Below, piece after piece: positions 63,608-64,000 of a DNA stretch of 64,000 bases (positions are counted from its first letter, which is position 1; each line of letters begins with the position of its first letter). The stretch comes from the human T2T-CHM13v2.0 reference genome, Homo sapiens: assembly GCF_009914755.1 (NCBI RefSeq), contig NC_060926.1. One strand, 5' to 3'. Under the pieces are notes generated by a model. That model saw only the letters and a list, made by a program, of their open reading frames with translations. It did not search any database and was not told the DNA's origin. Made by a program: the position numbers and the translations under genes.

Positions 63608-64000
63608 CAGAGCTGGCTCCATGGGCCTGCAACCTGTGTAGTCATTTGCACAAGCCCAAGGCTCCAAAAGAACCCCATAATTGGTTTAATGTCCTGTGGC
63701 TATTGTCTGAAATTCTTAATAATTTTATCTTTGAACTTGTGTTTTGTAAGTGACGTCTGATGAGACGATGGAGCAGGCATGTGAGCAGGAAGATCAGCTG
63801 GCAGCAGTCCATGCACACATGGGTCAGTCCTATGGGCACAAGCAGGCAGTGTGCTGGGCAGCACCCAGAAACAGAGCTGAGCCCAGATTAGTGACAGTGG
63901 TGGTGGGGACAGCAGAAGCTGAGGTGGCAATAGTGGCCACAGCCCCAGAAGAGGTAGAAACTCCACATGGAAGCACAAGGACAGAGATGGGAGACCTGCA
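63608..64000 (+). mobile_element. MER115/Zaphod-family (hAT-Tip100) element, runs off the window
   Basis: CAGAGCTGGCTCCATGGGCCTGCAACCTGTG...GAAATTCTTAATAATTTTATCTTTGAACTTGTGTTTTGTAAGTGA matches the recalled Zaphod/MER115 5' end. Confidence 0.75.

Overview
This is primate, human-like nuclear DNA: it carries AluJ, AluS and AluY elements, L1PB and THE1 LTRs. I cannot support any protein-coding exon, tRNA, rRNA, CRISPR array or CpG island. The window is dominated by interspersed repeats: about 49 Alu copies or fragments, a 3.6 kb 5'-truncated L1PB-type LINE, old L1M, L2 and MIR fragments, several solo LTRs (LTR1, two THE1, MER21, MLT1, MLT2) and DNA-transposon fossils (near-full-length Charlie1a, MER20, MER58, MER103, MER115, MADE1, MADE2). 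Most ORFs in the supplied track are Alu, L1 or LTR read-through or chance frames. The most informative items are: (1) a TSD-flanked, polyA-tailed retrocopy of the DDX3X/DDX3Y 3'UTR at 47694-48643; (2) a MADE1 hairpin with one intact Hsmar1/SETMAR 19-bp site; (3) local rearrangement scars, namely a 14-bp perfect hairpin in the L1, a fold-back inverted duplication at an MLT2 end and a ~100-bp dispersed duplication; (4) multi-level TE nesting with readable TSDs; (5) repeat-poor, enhancer-like stretches at ~30.7 kb and ~50-62 kb. I do not see evidence for a novel biological system. Repeat family names and the DDX3 identity come from recalled sequences and need RepeatMasker/BLAT confirmation. Coordinates of old repeats are approximate.
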